Below are positions 23,513-32,000 of a DNA stretch of 32,000 nt, one piece after another. Origin of the DNA: Acaryochloris thomasi RCC1774 (GTDB lineage: Bacteria; Cyanobacteriota; Cyanobacteriia; Thermosynechococcales; Thermosynechococcaceae). The DNA lies in assembly GCF_003231495.1 (NCBI RefSeq), contig NZ_PQWO01000006.1, positions 240,001 through 272,000 of the forward strand. Direction: 5' to 3'. Every line of letters begins with the position of its first letter. The first letter of the stretch is position 1. A model generated the notes under the pieces. That model was not told the DNA's origin and did no database searches. It was given only the letters and a program-made list of their open reading frames with translations. Position numbers and translations under genes: made by a program.

Positions 23513-24337
23513 ATGCAAGATACCGAACAAGCAGACAAGCAGTACTCTAACAAGGATCTGGAACAAAGGAGAACTTGGTATTCTCCCGCAGCAGAGGCTT
23601 ATAACAAAGCACGACCTCACTATCCAAAAGCATTGATCAATCGAGTTGTTGAATTGACTCAACTTACCGATAATGCAAGGATTCTTGAAATAGGATGTGG
23701 TCCTGGAACTGCAACAGTTGCGTTTGCTGAGTTTGATTTTTCAATGGTTTGCCTTGAGCCAAACCCAGATTTTTGCACAATTGCTCAAAAGAATTGTGCT
23801 GAGTACCCGAAAGTCAAGATCCAAAATACTTCATTTGAGGAGTGGACCCTGGAGGTAGGGCGATTCGATGCTGTTGTAGCAGCGACTTCAATTCATTGGA
23901 TACGACCAGAAGTTGCGTACCCGAAAATAGCTAATGCTTTACAGAACAATGGTGCACTCATTTTATTGTGGAATGTACCAGCCATTTCTTCTCGTGAGGT
24001 CCATCAAATATTTCAGGACGTCTACCAAGTTCATGCTCCCTCTCTATTGAAGTACAAAGGGAAGGAAACTCATGAAGCAGAACTGAAAAAACTTGAACAA
24101 ATTTTTACCAATTCAGGTCAATTCAAGGATATCGTGTTTGAACAGATTGTGTGGGAAACAGCGTACAGTGTGGATGAGTATCTGACACTGTTGAGTACCT
24201 TTTCACAATATTTGGAGCTAAATGAGAAAAGCAGAGATGATCTATGTGAAGGATTACGAAAGAAAATAGACAAAAACTTCGCGGGCCGCCTCCAACTCTC
24301 AAATCTTTCTGCTTTTCATATTGCCCGAAAAAAGTGA
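23513..24337 (+). CDS. class I SAM-dependent methyltransferase
   Basis: SAM motif I ILEIGCGPGTATVAF and post-I LEPNPD. I prefer ATG 23513 over the GTG at 23510. The gene is visibly AT-richer than its neighbours and has no HIP1. Confidence 0.88.
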   Translation: MQDTEQADKQYSNKDLEQRRTWYSPAAEAYNKARPHYPKALINRVVELTQLTDNARILEIGCGPGTATVAFAEFDFSMVCLEPNPDFCTIAQKNCAEYPKVKIQNTSFEEWTLEVGRFDAVVAATSIHWIRPEVAYPKIANALQNNGALILLWNVPAISSREVHQIFQDVYQVHAPSLLKYKGKETHEAELKKLEQIFTNSGQFKDIVFEQIVWETAYSVDEYLTLLSTFSQYLELNEKSRDDLCEGLRKKIDKNFAGRLQLSNLSAFHIARKK

Positions 24338-24379
24338 TATTGGTAACTGATAAAGTATCCAAGTTTAGCGTTCATCTAA

Positions 24380-24445
24380 TCAGTAAGACGTTCCTTTGCG
24401 ATCGCTAAAAAATTTCCCCGTCATCGCCAGCGTGTCCTTGTCCCT
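24380..24445 (-). pseudogene. relic of an SDR 3' end, paralogous to the C-terminus of the SDR at 27105-27803
   Basis: The minus-strand translation *RDKDTLAMTGKFFSDRKGTSY* compares with the intact gene's ...EATLAMTGKFFSDRIETAY*. A 26-nt exact match links 24399-24424 to 27124-27149. There is an in-frame stop upstream at 24446-24448. Confidence 0.5.
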
Positions 24446-24519
24446 TCACCACATTAGCTCTGCCAGAAAATTCATTCCCAATTCTAGATCACTTGCACCT
24501 AACGTCTGCTCGGCAAGGA

Positions 24520-24581
24520 TGTGTTGCAAGGAATAGCAAGGCTTATAAGCTACTACTAGAGCAGTCCATCCTTGCAACACA
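24520..24581. repeat. 13-bp perfect inverted repeat TGTGTTGCAAGGA / TCCTTGCAACACA with a 36-nt loop, downstream of katG
   Basis: The arms are 24520-24532 and 24569-24581. The left flank also has GCAAGG three times (24513-24540). There is no U-tract on either strand, so it is not a canonical terminator. Confidence 0.6.
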
Positions 24582-24657
24582 ACTAATTAGACAGTCCTAA
24601 TCAACACATAACAGGCTCGGGGCTTTGTTGATACATTTCTGTCTTCTAGCCGAGCCG

Positions 24658-26952
24658 TCAAGCGTGGACGTCAAAACGATCGAGCATCATCACCTTGTCC
24701 CAGGCCGCAACGAAGTCTTTGACCATGCGTTCATGACCATCATCAGCACCGTAGACTTCGGCCACTTGGCGTAGCTCTGCGTTTGAACCAAAGATCAGAT
24801 CGCAGGATGTTGCAGTGAACTTTGTCTCGCCGGATTTGCGATCGCAAATCTCAAAGAGCCTCTCGCGATCGTCGGCGGGCTTCCACTCATAGTCCATGCT
24901 GGTCAGAACTCGGAAGAAGTCATTGGTTAAAACACCGGGCCGGTCGGTAAAGACACCGTGCTTTGAATGATCCCAGTTTTGGTCGAGGGCACGCAGTCCG
25001 CCGACGAGGGCCGTCCATTCAGGAGCGGTCAACGTTAGGAGGTGCGCTCGGTCAAGAAAGATCCGCTCTGGCTTTACCTTGAAGCCAATCGCATCATTGT
25101 GGTAGTTCCGAAAACCATCCGAGACCGGCTTCAGCCAATTGAAGCTTTCAACATCGGTCATTTCCTGAGTCGTATCCATTCGACCCGGAGTGAACGGAAC
25201 AGATACAGAAACACCGGCATCTTGCGCCGCCTTCTCGACTGCAGCACAGCCGCCCAGAACGATCAGGTCTGCCATTGAAATTTTTTTGCTGCCCGACTGA
25301 GCACCGTTAAAGTCTGACTGAATTTGCTCAAGGGCCGATAGAACCTCGCCAAGCTCCTGGGGGCGATTCATCTCCCAATCCTTCTGCGGATCTAAGCCGA
25401 CACGCGCGCCATTTGCGCCGCCGCGCTTGTCAGTGTCACGGTAGGTGGACGCTGATGCCCAAGCGGCTGACACGAGCGCTGAGACAGAGAGTCCACTCTC
25501 GAGGATCTTATGCTTGAGAGCATCGATATCGGCATCACCAACAACATCATGGTCGAGCGCCGGAATCGGATCTTGCCAGGGCAAGTCCTCTTTTGCGACT
25601 TCTGGGCCAAGGTAGCGCGCCTTCGGACCCATATCCCGGTGCATTAACTTGTACCAAGCGCGAGCGAACGCATCGCTGAAGTCATCAAAGTCACCGACGA
25701 AGCGCTGACAGATCTCGTGATAGGCCGGATCAACCTTTAACGCCAAGTCCGACGTCATCATCATCAGCGAGTGCTCAACGTTTGGCTGGTGGGCATCCGG
25801 CGTCTTCGGTGCATCTGGACTGCTCGGCTGCCACTGAATGGAACCGGCTGGACTTTCAGTCTTTTCCCAGTCGTACTTGAACAGATTTTCTAGGTAGCTG
25901 TTGTCCCATTGGGTCGGGTCTGGCGTCCAGGATCCTTCAATCCCGTTCGTCATTGTATATTGGGCAAATCCTGTCCCTTTTGGGTTTTGCCACCCGAGGC
26001 CCATTGCCTGGAGCGGTGCGGCTTCCGGTGCGGGGCCGATCTTGTCCGGCTCTACCATGCCGTGACTCTTACCGAAGGCATGACCGCCTGCAATCAGCGC
26101 CACAGTTTCCTCATCATTCATCCCCATGCGCGCAAAGGTCTCGCGGATATCGCGGGCGGACGCGGCGGGATCGCCCTCACCGTTCGGACCTTCGGGATCA
26201 ACATAAATTAGTGCTTGGTGCGAAGCCGCCAGCGGATTTTCAAGGTCGTAATGTTCCTCGTCCGGCTTGCCGACCCAGCGGATCTCGCGGGTGACCATCT
26301 GATCTGGATGACCGGCGTGCTGCTTACCTCTTTCTCCGCTTTCTTCGAGCGATTGGCCATTCCAAAACTCAGAACCCCAGTAGGTGGACCGGTCTGCTTC
26401 CCAGGCGTCAATGCGACCGCCGCCAAAGCCGAAGGTCTTGAAGCCCATAATCTCAAGGGCGCAGTTGCCCGTTAGAGCCATTAGATCAGCCCAGCTCAGC
26501 GCTGCACCATATTGCTGCTTAATCGGCCACAGCAGCCGCCGTGATTTATCGGTGTTCCCGTTATCCCACCAAGAATTGAGGGGGGCGAAGCGCTGCATGC
26601 CTTGACCGGCACCGCCGCGACCGTCTGCGATCCGGTAGGTGCCTGCGGCGTGCCACGCCATGCGGACCATCTGCGGCCCATAATTGCCGTAGTCAGCAGG
26701 CCACCAATCTTTCGAATCCGTTAGCAGCGCTTTGATATCACTCTTTAACTGTTCAAAATCAATCTTTTCAAAGGCTTCTTGATAATTAAAATCTCGTAGC
26801 GGATTGGCTTGGGACGACTGTGTATGGAGAAGTTCGACCTGAAGCCGATTCGGCCACCAATCATCGGTTTGTGGCTTGGAGCCGAGAGCGCCGCCAACGC
26901 GGGTTCCACGGAAAGGGCATTGCGCAGGAGCGGCGGTAGGGGTGTTGTTCAT
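24658..26952 (-). CDS. katG: catalase-peroxidase (HPI)
   Basis: 764 aa with the distal-site motif [11 protein letters not shown], the proximal motif [11 protein letters not shown], and the typical two-domain length. Confidence 0.97.
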   Translation of the reverse strand: MNNTPTAAPAQCPFRGTRVGGALGSKPQTDDWWPNRLQVELLHTQSSQANPLRDFNYQEAFEKIDFEQLKSDIKALLTDSKDWWPADYGNYGPQMVRMAWHAAGTYRIADGRGGAGQGMQRFAPLNSWWDNGNTDKSRRLLWPIKQQYGAALSWADLMALTGNCALEIMGFKTFGFGGGRIDAWEADRSTYWGSEFWNGQSLEESGERGKQHAGHPDQMVTREIRWVGKPDEEHYDLENPLAASHQALIYVDPEGPNGEGDPAASARDIRETFARMGMNDEETVALIAGGHAFGKSHGMVEPDKIGPAPEAAPLQAMGLGWQNPKGTGFAQYTMTNGIEGSWTPDPTQWDNSYLENLFKYDWEKTESPAGSIQWQPSSPDAPKTPDAHQPNVEHSLMMMTSDLALKVDPAYHEICQRFVGDFDDFSDAFARAWYKLMHRDMGPKARYLGPEVAKEDLPWQDPIPALDHDVVGDADIDALKHKILESGLSVSALVSAAWASASTYRDTDKRGGANGARVGLDPQKDWEMNRPQELGEVLSALEQIQSDFNGAQSGSKKISMADLIVLGGCAAVEKAAQDAGVSVSVPFTPGRMDTTQEMTDVESFNWLKPVSDGFRNYHNDAIGFKVKPERIFLDRAHLLTLTAPEWTALVGGLRALDQNWDHSKHGVFTDRPGVLTNDFFRVLTSMDYEWKPADDRERLFEICDRKSGETKFTATSCDLIFGSNAELRQVAEVYGADDGHERMVKDFVAAWDKVMMLDRFDVHA

Positions 26953-27037
26953 GGGTCCAATCCTTTCTAGGAAGTGTCTTCAGTCTGGCGAGTTGCTGCA
27001 GTAAGTTGGGCCGTGTGCTGGCATTGACGGCGCTCAA

Positions 27038-27095
27038 TCATAATTAAGATGGCACGATCAACGCTAGATACTCAATCTCTCTGCAGATAGATATT
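27038..27095 (-). promoter_or_regulatory. bipartite conserved element, copy 2 (upstream of katG)
   Basis: Plus-strand box 1 TCATAATTAAGATGGCACG (27038-27056) and box 2 CAATCTCTCTGCAGATAGATATT (27073-27095). Box 2 contains the near-palindrome ATCTCTCTGCAGATAGAT. Box 1 lies 86 nt from the katG ATG. Confidence 0.55.
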
Positions 27096-27104
27096 CAGTT
27101 GTCT

Positions 27105-27803
27105 TTAATAGGCTGTCTCAATACGATCGCTAAAAAATTTCCCCGTCATTGCTAGCGTCGCTTCCGTCGCTAGCCAAACTGCCGTATCGGCACCTTGCTC
27201 GGGCGATCGCGGTGCCGACTCACCTCCCATATCCGTCGCCACCCAGCCAGGAGACATGGCATACACGCCAATCTGCTTTGGCCGCAGAGCATTCGCGAGC
27301 ATAATAGTCGCTCCATTCAGTGCCAGCTTCGATAAACAGTAGCTGGGAACATTTGCCGAGAGTCCATCCAAAGCGCCATAGCCACTGGACATGTTGATCA
27401 CTTTGGCGCTGTCAGATTTTTCGAGCAGCGGCAGGAAGGTCTGTGTGATCTTCACGGGACTGAAGGCATTTGTGTTCATGGTCTGGTCAAGAAGCTCCCG
27501 TGAAATCGTGAGGATGTTGACGCCTTCGTCGGGATAAATGCCGGCGTTGTTGATCAGCACGTCGAGACGCTCTATTTGTCGAGTGAGAGTTTCAGCCGCT
27601 TTCTGAATGCTGTGATCGTCAGTCACGTCGAGTTCAAGTGTTTTTACGTCTGGGTGTAGCTGTTCGGCAGCGGCTTGGGCTTTGGGTTGCGATCGCGCCG
27701 CCAAAATGACCTCAAACCCTGCTTTTAAGAGTCCTTCGCAAATGGCATAGCCGATCCCCCGATTGCCTCCAGTGACTAGAGCCGTTTTGTGTTGAGATGG
27801 CAT
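27105..27803 (-). CDS. SDR family oxidoreductase (carbonyl-reductase-like)
   Basis: Contains VTGGNRGIGYAI, INNAGIY, YCLSKLAL (YxxxK) and the C-terminal TGKFFSD tail. Confidence 0.92.
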   Translation of the reverse strand: MPSQHKTALVTGGNRGIGYAICEGLLKAGFEVILAARSQPKAQAAAEQLHPDVKTLELDVTDDHSIQKAAETLTRQIERLDVLINNAGIYPDEGVNILTISRELLDQTMNTNAFSPVKITQTFLPLLEKSDSAKVINMSSGYGALDGLSANVPSYCLSKLALNGATIMLANALRPKQIGVYAMSPGWVATDMGGESAPRSPEQGADTAVWLATEATLAMTGKFFSDRIETAY

Positions 27804-27842
27804 AGGTGTTCCTATTCCAATTGGACCTTATTTTTCACAGAT

Positions 27843-28250
27843 CTATGTAATCAACACGTCGGTTATTTGTTCTAGCTCAATCAGGTTGCCATCTGGATCG
27901 CGAAAGCAGGTAGAAAGAAAGCCTCGATCAGGATAGTTGGTGGGTGGAGCCAGTAGTTCTACGCTGTGGCCTTTTAGATATGCGATCGCATCATCTAAGC
28001 TCTTCACCTGAAAGGACAAAGCAACCTGAGCATTGTGAGGGTCATAGCTCAGGGACTCTGTTTGGGGAATAAAATCTGTCATTTTCTTGCGATTGAACAG
28101 CGTGATCCGAATCCCGTTGGCGTCAAACTCGACGTATTCATCCATATCGTCTTCAAACTTGATGTCGAGTCCCATCACATCTCGGTAAAAGGCTTTACAG
28201 GCTTGGAAGTCCTCGACGTTTAGACGGGTGTAGGTGTATCGAAATTTCAT
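27843..28250 (-). CDS. VOC family protein (glyoxalase/bleomycin-resistance fold)
   Basis: 135 aa with RLNVEDFQACKAFYRDVMGLD and C-terminal FRDPDGNLIELEQ. AGGAGA 9 nt upstream. Confidence 0.88.
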   Translation of the reverse strand: MKFRYTYTRLNVEDFQACKAFYRDVMGLDIKFEDDMDEYVEFDANGIRITLFNRKKMTDFIPQTESLSYDPHNAQVALSFQVKSLDDAIAYLKGHSVELLAPPTNYPDRGFLSTCFRDPDGNLIELEQITDVLIT

Positions 28251-28504
28251 GAATTGAGTTCTCCTATCGTTCTACCTGTCTTGCTTACAATGAATCTTGA
28301 TCGGACAAACCAGCAAACTATAGTTCACAGATTAGCAGTCTGTCTAAAAAGTAGTTTGTTCTTTTGGAACCCTAGAGTGGGTTCTATCAGCCTGAGGGAT
28401 AATAGTCCGAGGGGGCTTCGAAAGAAAGAGGGAGGCCTTCTTCAATTCGAGCGATCACTAAAACTTGCATGGTTGAATTTCTCTGCAAAGGGGCTTGATA
28501 TTGC

Positions 28505-28975
28505 TCAAACAAAGAGACTACCGCCATCAATATCGATGACTGTTCCTGTGAGATAAGGGTTAGTCATGATTTGCAACGCTATTGCCGCGATGTCTTCAGG
28601 TAATCCGATTCGCTGGACTGGGAGCTGCTCGGCTGTGTTTTTGTACATGGCTTCCCGTTGCTCCTCGGGCATATCGCTATAGATTGGGGGCTTGACCAGG
28701 CCCGGAGAAATCACGTTGACTCGCACGGGGGCTAATTCGACTGCCAAGGAGCGGCCTAATCCTTCTACGGCGGCGTTGACAGTGGTTGCAGCAACTGTCC
28801 CCACCGCAGGCCTGTGACTCAGCACACCCGAGAACAACGTGACCGAACCAGTGGCGCACATCTTGGCTGCTTTCACTGCTCGATAGGCTCCCCAGAACTT
28901 GCTGTCCATCGACGCCATCGCGTCTGCGGTTTCCATAAATGAAAGCGTTTTTTGTGTCATAGCGAAAGCAAACAA
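28505..28975 (-). pseudogene. N-terminally truncated SDR (C-terminal ~155 aa only)
   Basis: The ORF encodes ...GSVTLFSGVLSHRPAVGTVAATTVNAAVEGLGRSLAVELAPVRVNVISPGLV...LTGTVIDIDGG, which is the central and C-terminal SDR regions. No TGxxxGxG Rossmann segment exists in any frame of the 139 bp upstream. It may still be expressed as a fragment. Confidence 0.5.
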
Positions 28976-29114
28976 AGAGAAGATGTAGCGGTTTAAGTCG
29001 CAATGATGGGGCGTACCGATTGATACTTTGTTTTTCGGTTGGATGTTTCCTATTTGATGTTCTGTATAAAAAATGCAGAAAATACAGGTGCGTTTATTCC
29101 CTCACTGCTGCACC

Positions 29115-29732
29115 CTACTCCTTGACCTGAGCGAGTGCCTCTTGTGCCTCTTTCTTAGACCAGCGTTCGGCATAGAGGGGTGCTCCGTTTTGGAAATAAT
29201 GTCCGTTAGCGAGTGAGCCAACATCTATCGGCACAAACTTTGCCTCTTTAATCAGTTGAGCAACCGTTGTCTTTGCCTCTGGGTTGTCACCTGCATAAAA
29301 GATGGCGAGTTCATCCTCGGTTTGACCGTTGGCCCGCGCCTCCATCTCGTCCGCGAACATCATGTTGAACGCTTTAACGAGGGTGGTCTTCGGCAGCTTT
29401 TGCGCCAGTGCTTCGCTTTGGCTTGGGGCGCTGACTTCAACATCTCCATCTCGCTTAGGGTAGTAGTTTGAAGCTGTGATTAGCGTTTTCCCGGCCAGAG
29501 CATCTGCCGATAGTGACATCGTGGCCGCGAAGGGGATCGCTTCTAGAATGATGTCTGCAAATGCGATCGCATCTTCTGCCGTCCCAGCCTGAGCATTGCT
29601 CCCTGCTTTCTCAACCAGCTCGCTCAACGTTTCAGGATTGCGCGAGGAGAAGAAGACTTCATGACCTGCCTGTGCCCATAGTCTCCCTAAGGCTCCTCCA
29701 ATATTTCCGCTGCCTATAATGCCAATCCTCAT
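29115..29732 (-). CDS. NADP oxidoreductase, coenzyme F420-dependent family (NAD(P)-binding, ProC-like)
   Basis: 205 aa with N-terminal MRIGIIGSGNIGGALGRLWAQAGHEV and a typical length for this family. Confidence 0.84.
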   Translation of the reverse strand: MRIGIIGSGNIGGALGRLWAQAGHEVFFSSRNPETLSELVEKAGSNAQAGTAEDAIAFADIILEAIPFAATMSLSADALAGKTLITASNYYPKRDGDVEVSAPSQSEALAQKLPKTTLVKAFNMMFADEMEARANGQTEDELAIFYAGDNPEAKTTVAQLIKEAKFVPIDVGSLANGHYFQNGAPLYAERWSKKEAQEALAQVKE

Positions 29733-29866
29733 TATTGATGCTCCAGTTAGTATTTTTTCTGTACATTGCTCACGCGTCTTGCCAAAGACCCAAACGGAGC
29801 TGACTGCTATCTACAAGCAAGCGAGTGTTTTCACCGGGGTGACCTCCTTCTCACAACGATGAGAAT

Positions 29867-30880
29867 CTATGCAGCAACAACAGCCCGATAGCGAGCTTTG
29901 CCATCCCGAACATGCTGCACGGCCTTGTTGATATCCTCCATCGCGAACTGCTCGCACATGGGCGCGATGTCATGAGTGGCGCAAAACTCCAGCATCGCTT
30001 GGGTATCAGCAGGCGCTCCCGCTCGACCGCCCGCGATTTTTTTCTCAGTGCCAATGAGCGGAAAGGGCATAAACTCAACTGCGCCGCCCGGAACGCCGCA
30101 GAGAATTAGCGTTCCCTCTGGCGATAGGGTCTGAATGTAGGCGTTCCAGTCCACATCGGCGGAAACGGTAGATACAATCACGTCAAACCGACCCGCAGCT
30201 TTTTCCAGATCCTCCGGTGATTCTTTGGTGGCAATGAAGTTTGTGGCTCCGAGTTCACGGGTTCCTTCTTCCTTGGAGCGAGTGGTACTCAGGCCGGTCA
30301 CTTGCGTGCCCATCTTGGCTAGGAACTGCACCGCTAGATGACCTAAACCGCCAACCCCCAAAACTGCCGTTTCCATTCCCGGTCGAACGCCGTGATGACG
30401 AATAGGAGACCAAACGGTGGTGCCCGCACACATGAGTGGACCCGCGAGTGATGGATCGAGCGTCTCGGGAATTGGGATGGCCCATTTGGCTTGCGATCGC
30501 ACCTTCTCTGCCCAAGCGCCATTGCGACCGACAATGGTTTCAGCCACTTCGCTACCGTTCAGGCACAGCGACTCTTTCCCAACGCCACATTTTTTACAGT
30601 GATTACAAGACGCTGACTGCCAACCCACACCAACCCGCTGACCGACGCGATCTTGAGAGACTTGATCTCCCACGGCCACGATTTTACCGACGGCTTCATG
30701 ACCGGGAATAAACGGATAGCTAGACATCCCCCAGTCGTTGTCAATCATCGCCAAATCACTGTGGCAAATGCCGCAGAATTCAACTTCCACCTCAACTTCG
30801 TCTGGGCCTAGTGCGCCTGGATCGTACTCAAAGGATTTGAGCTGTCCGCCTTTCTCTTTGCAGGCATATCCTTTAATCAC
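29867..30880 (-). CDS. zinc-dependent NAD(P) alcohol dehydrogenase (MDR family, cinnamyl-ADH-like)
   Basis: Contains GICHSDL, GHEAVGKIV, the structural-zinc Cys cluster CNHCKKCGVGKESLC and GVGGLGHLAVQF. I prefer GTG 30880 (M-IKGYAC) because AGGAGA lies 7 nt upstream; the track start is a TTG at 30904. Confidence 0.92.
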   Translation of the reverse strand: MIKGYACKEKGGQLKSFEYDPGALGPDEVEVEVEFCGICHSDLAMIDNDWGMSSYPFIPGHEAVGKIVAVGDQVSQDRVGQRVGVGWQSASCNHCKKCGVGKESLCLNGSEVAETIVGRNGAWAEKVRSQAKWAIPIPETLDPSLAGPLMCAGTTVWSPIRHHGVRPGMETAVLGVGGLGHLAVQFLAKMGTQVTGLSTTRSKEEGTRELGATNFIATKESPEDLEKAAGRFDVIVSTVSADVDWNAYIQTLSPEGTLILCGVPGGAVEFMPFPLIGTEKKIAGGRAGAPADTQAMLEFCATHDIAPMCEQFAMEDINKAVQHVRDGKARYRAVVAA

Positions 30881-30985
30881 GGTTGTTTCTCCTAGAAAAA
30901 TCAAGGGCTAGAGTTCGATAATGCAGCAAATCGGCTTGTTTTGAGGCGTCGTTCAACACTTTTCTCTAAAATTTCTGCATAAGTC

Positions 30986-31711
30986 CTACAGCTCTTGATC
31001 AGAAGGACGCACAACGATTTCATTGACCGAAACGTCATCAGGCTGCTCGATCGCATAGAGAACAGCTCGACTGATCGCGGTCGGCGAGATAAAGCTGAAG
31101 CTCTCCTCAACCTGCTCACCCGTTTGCTGATCATTGCTGGCCGTAATCAGCTCACTCTCAACCGCACCCGGATAAATAGTGGTGACGCGGACCTTGCCCA
31201 ACGTTTCTTTCCGCAGGGCTTCGCTGATCGCCTTGACCGCAAATTTAGTGCCGCAGTAAACCCCAAAGTTAGGAAAGACATGTAGAGAGGCAACCGAACC
31301 GATATTGATCACATGACCGCTGCCGCGCTCCATTAAATGAGGTAAGACTGCTGCAATCCCGTGCAGAACGCCGCGAATGTTGACGTCAATCGCTGTGTTC
31401 CAGTCGTCTAGCTTGAGGTCAATGAGTGGACTGACTGGCATCACGCCTGCATTGTTGATGAATACATCGACCTGACCAAACTTTGCGATCGTGGCCTGGA
31501 CTAAAGCACGAGTTTGATCCACATCTGTGACATCTGTCGCGTGGTAGGCAACGCCGTCTCCTAATTCGGTAGCAAGTTCTTTGAGGCGGTCTTCGCGGCG
31601 GGCAGCAAGCATGACTTTGCCCCCTGCATTAGCGAGTTCTCTTGCGATCGCTTCTCCAATACCGCTACTGGCTCCGGTGACAATCGTGACAGTCTGATTA
31701 ATCTTGGACAT
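30986..31711 (-). CDS. SDR family oxidoreductase
   Basis: Contains VTGASSGIGEAIA, INNAGV and YCGTKFAV (YxxxK). AGGAG 5-6 nt upstream. Confidence 0.92.
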   Translation of the reverse strand: MSKINQTVTIVTGASSGIGEAIARELANAGGKVMLAARREDRLKELATELGDGVAYHATDVTDVDQTRALVQATIAKFGQVDVFINNAGVMPVSPLIDLKLDDWNTAIDVNIRGVLHGIAAVLPHLMERGSGHVINIGSVASLHVFPNFGVYCGTKFAVKAISEALRKETLGKVRVTTIYPGAVESELITASNDQQTGEQVEESFSFISPTAISRAVLYAIEQPDDVSVNEIVVRPSDQEL

Positions 31712-31786
31712 TAAAACTCCTAAATGTAGAAATTGAAGGTTTTCGTCTGCCCAGCCGCTGCAGCGCTTCCAGATCCGTCATTAGGG

Positions 31787-32000
31787 TTAGCTCACCTGCA
31801 GCACAATCTTTCCGGTCTGCTTGTTTGACTCCAGCGACTGATGCGCTGCCACCACATCATCAAGCTTGAAGGTTTCGCTCACCACTGGTTTCAACCGACC
31901 GTCGGCCAAGCGCGGCAGCAGAAACTCACGTGCCTCAGCCACCGCTTCAACCTGCTGCGGCATACCCATGTGCGGATAGCCCGTGTAGGCAAATACGCTA
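31787..32000 (-). CDS. NADPH:quinone oxidoreductase / zinc-binding dehydrogenase family, C-terminal 70 codons (gene starts beyond the right edge)
   Basis: My translation to the edge gives SVFAYTGYPHMGMPQQVEAVAEAREFLLPRLADGRLKPVVSETFKLDDVVAAHQSLESNKQTGKIVLQVS*. The G.LKPVI...F.L.....AH..LES....GKIVL tail is typical of this family. Confidence 0.8.
   Translation of the reverse strand, partial: SVFAYTGYPHMGMPQQVEAVAEAREFLLPRLADGRLKPVVSETFKLDDVVAAHQSLESNKQTGKIVLQVS

Noticed and set aside
23465-23662. 65-aa minus-strand ORF overlapping the methyltransferase start
   Set aside because: It is antisense to a gene with a clear SAM-binding motif and has no RBS or recognisable fold.
24399-24424. The 26-nt conserved string (also at 27124-27149) as a terminator or regulatory RNA element, because it contains a GGGGAAATTTTTT run on the minus strand
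   Set aside because: Only a 4-5-bp stem with a ~20-nt loop can be drawn. In both copies the string is in frame and encodes the family-typical C-terminus TLAMTGKFFSDR, so shared coding ancestry explains it better.
28254-28556. 100-aa plus-strand ORF, and a 27-codon minus-strand ORF (MQVLVIARIEEGLPLSFEAPSDYYPSG), between the VOC gene and the SDR fragment
   Set aside because: The plus-strand ORF overlaps the SDR fragment in antisense and has no motifs. The short minus-strand ORF vaguely resembles the start of a flavodoxin-like reductase, but it is too short and stops after 27 codons. There is not enough evidence even to call it a relic.

Overview
Family calls come from motif recognition in the supplied translations and my own reading of both strands; no database search was possible. 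The window looks like a cyanobacterial chromosomal segment: I located 27 exact copies of the HIP1 octamer GCGATCGC by eye, about one per 1.2 kb. It carries about 38 intact genes, mostly on the minus strand, and reads as a redox, electrophile and peroxide detoxification neighbourhood. The enzymes are 5 intact SDRs (plus one truncated copy and two relics), 2 aldo/keto reductases, a Zn alcohol dehydrogenase, a partial quinone oxidoreductase and an F420-type NADP oxidoreductase. There are also 4 VOC/glyoxalase-fold proteins, two SnoaL/NTF2-like proteins, an ABM-like protein, a cupin, a Tat-signal CMD/AhpD-like protein, an SMP-30 lactonase, DoxX, a flavin amine oxidase, a GNAT, two methyltransferases, KatG and Dps. 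Regulators are 4 TetR, 1 MerR, 1 LysR and 1 AraC, plus a decayed AraC copy. Two toxin-antitoxin-like cassettes are present: hicB-hicA, and an AT-rich DUF6883/DUF4926 pair. I found no rRNA, tRNA, CRISPR array, transposase, integrase or recognisable phage-defence system, and I do not claim a novel multi-gene system. The observations most worth follow-up are these. (1) A conserved bipartite non-coding element sits in front of both katG and a cupin-VOC-lactonase-DoxX operon, and its core motif recurs in the LysR divergent promoter. (2) Direct repeats of an SDR 3' end bracket the katG cassette. (3) A TetR-controlled GNAT / Rieske-like / atypical-SDR cluster encodes a ~600-aa protein whose Rieske motif has Tyr in place of the first His ligand, followed by a large uncharacterised C-terminal domain. 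(4) A textbook 19-bp-spacer MerR promoter predicts a leaderless merR-CMD-AKR operon. (5) Several gene relics point to paralog turnover.
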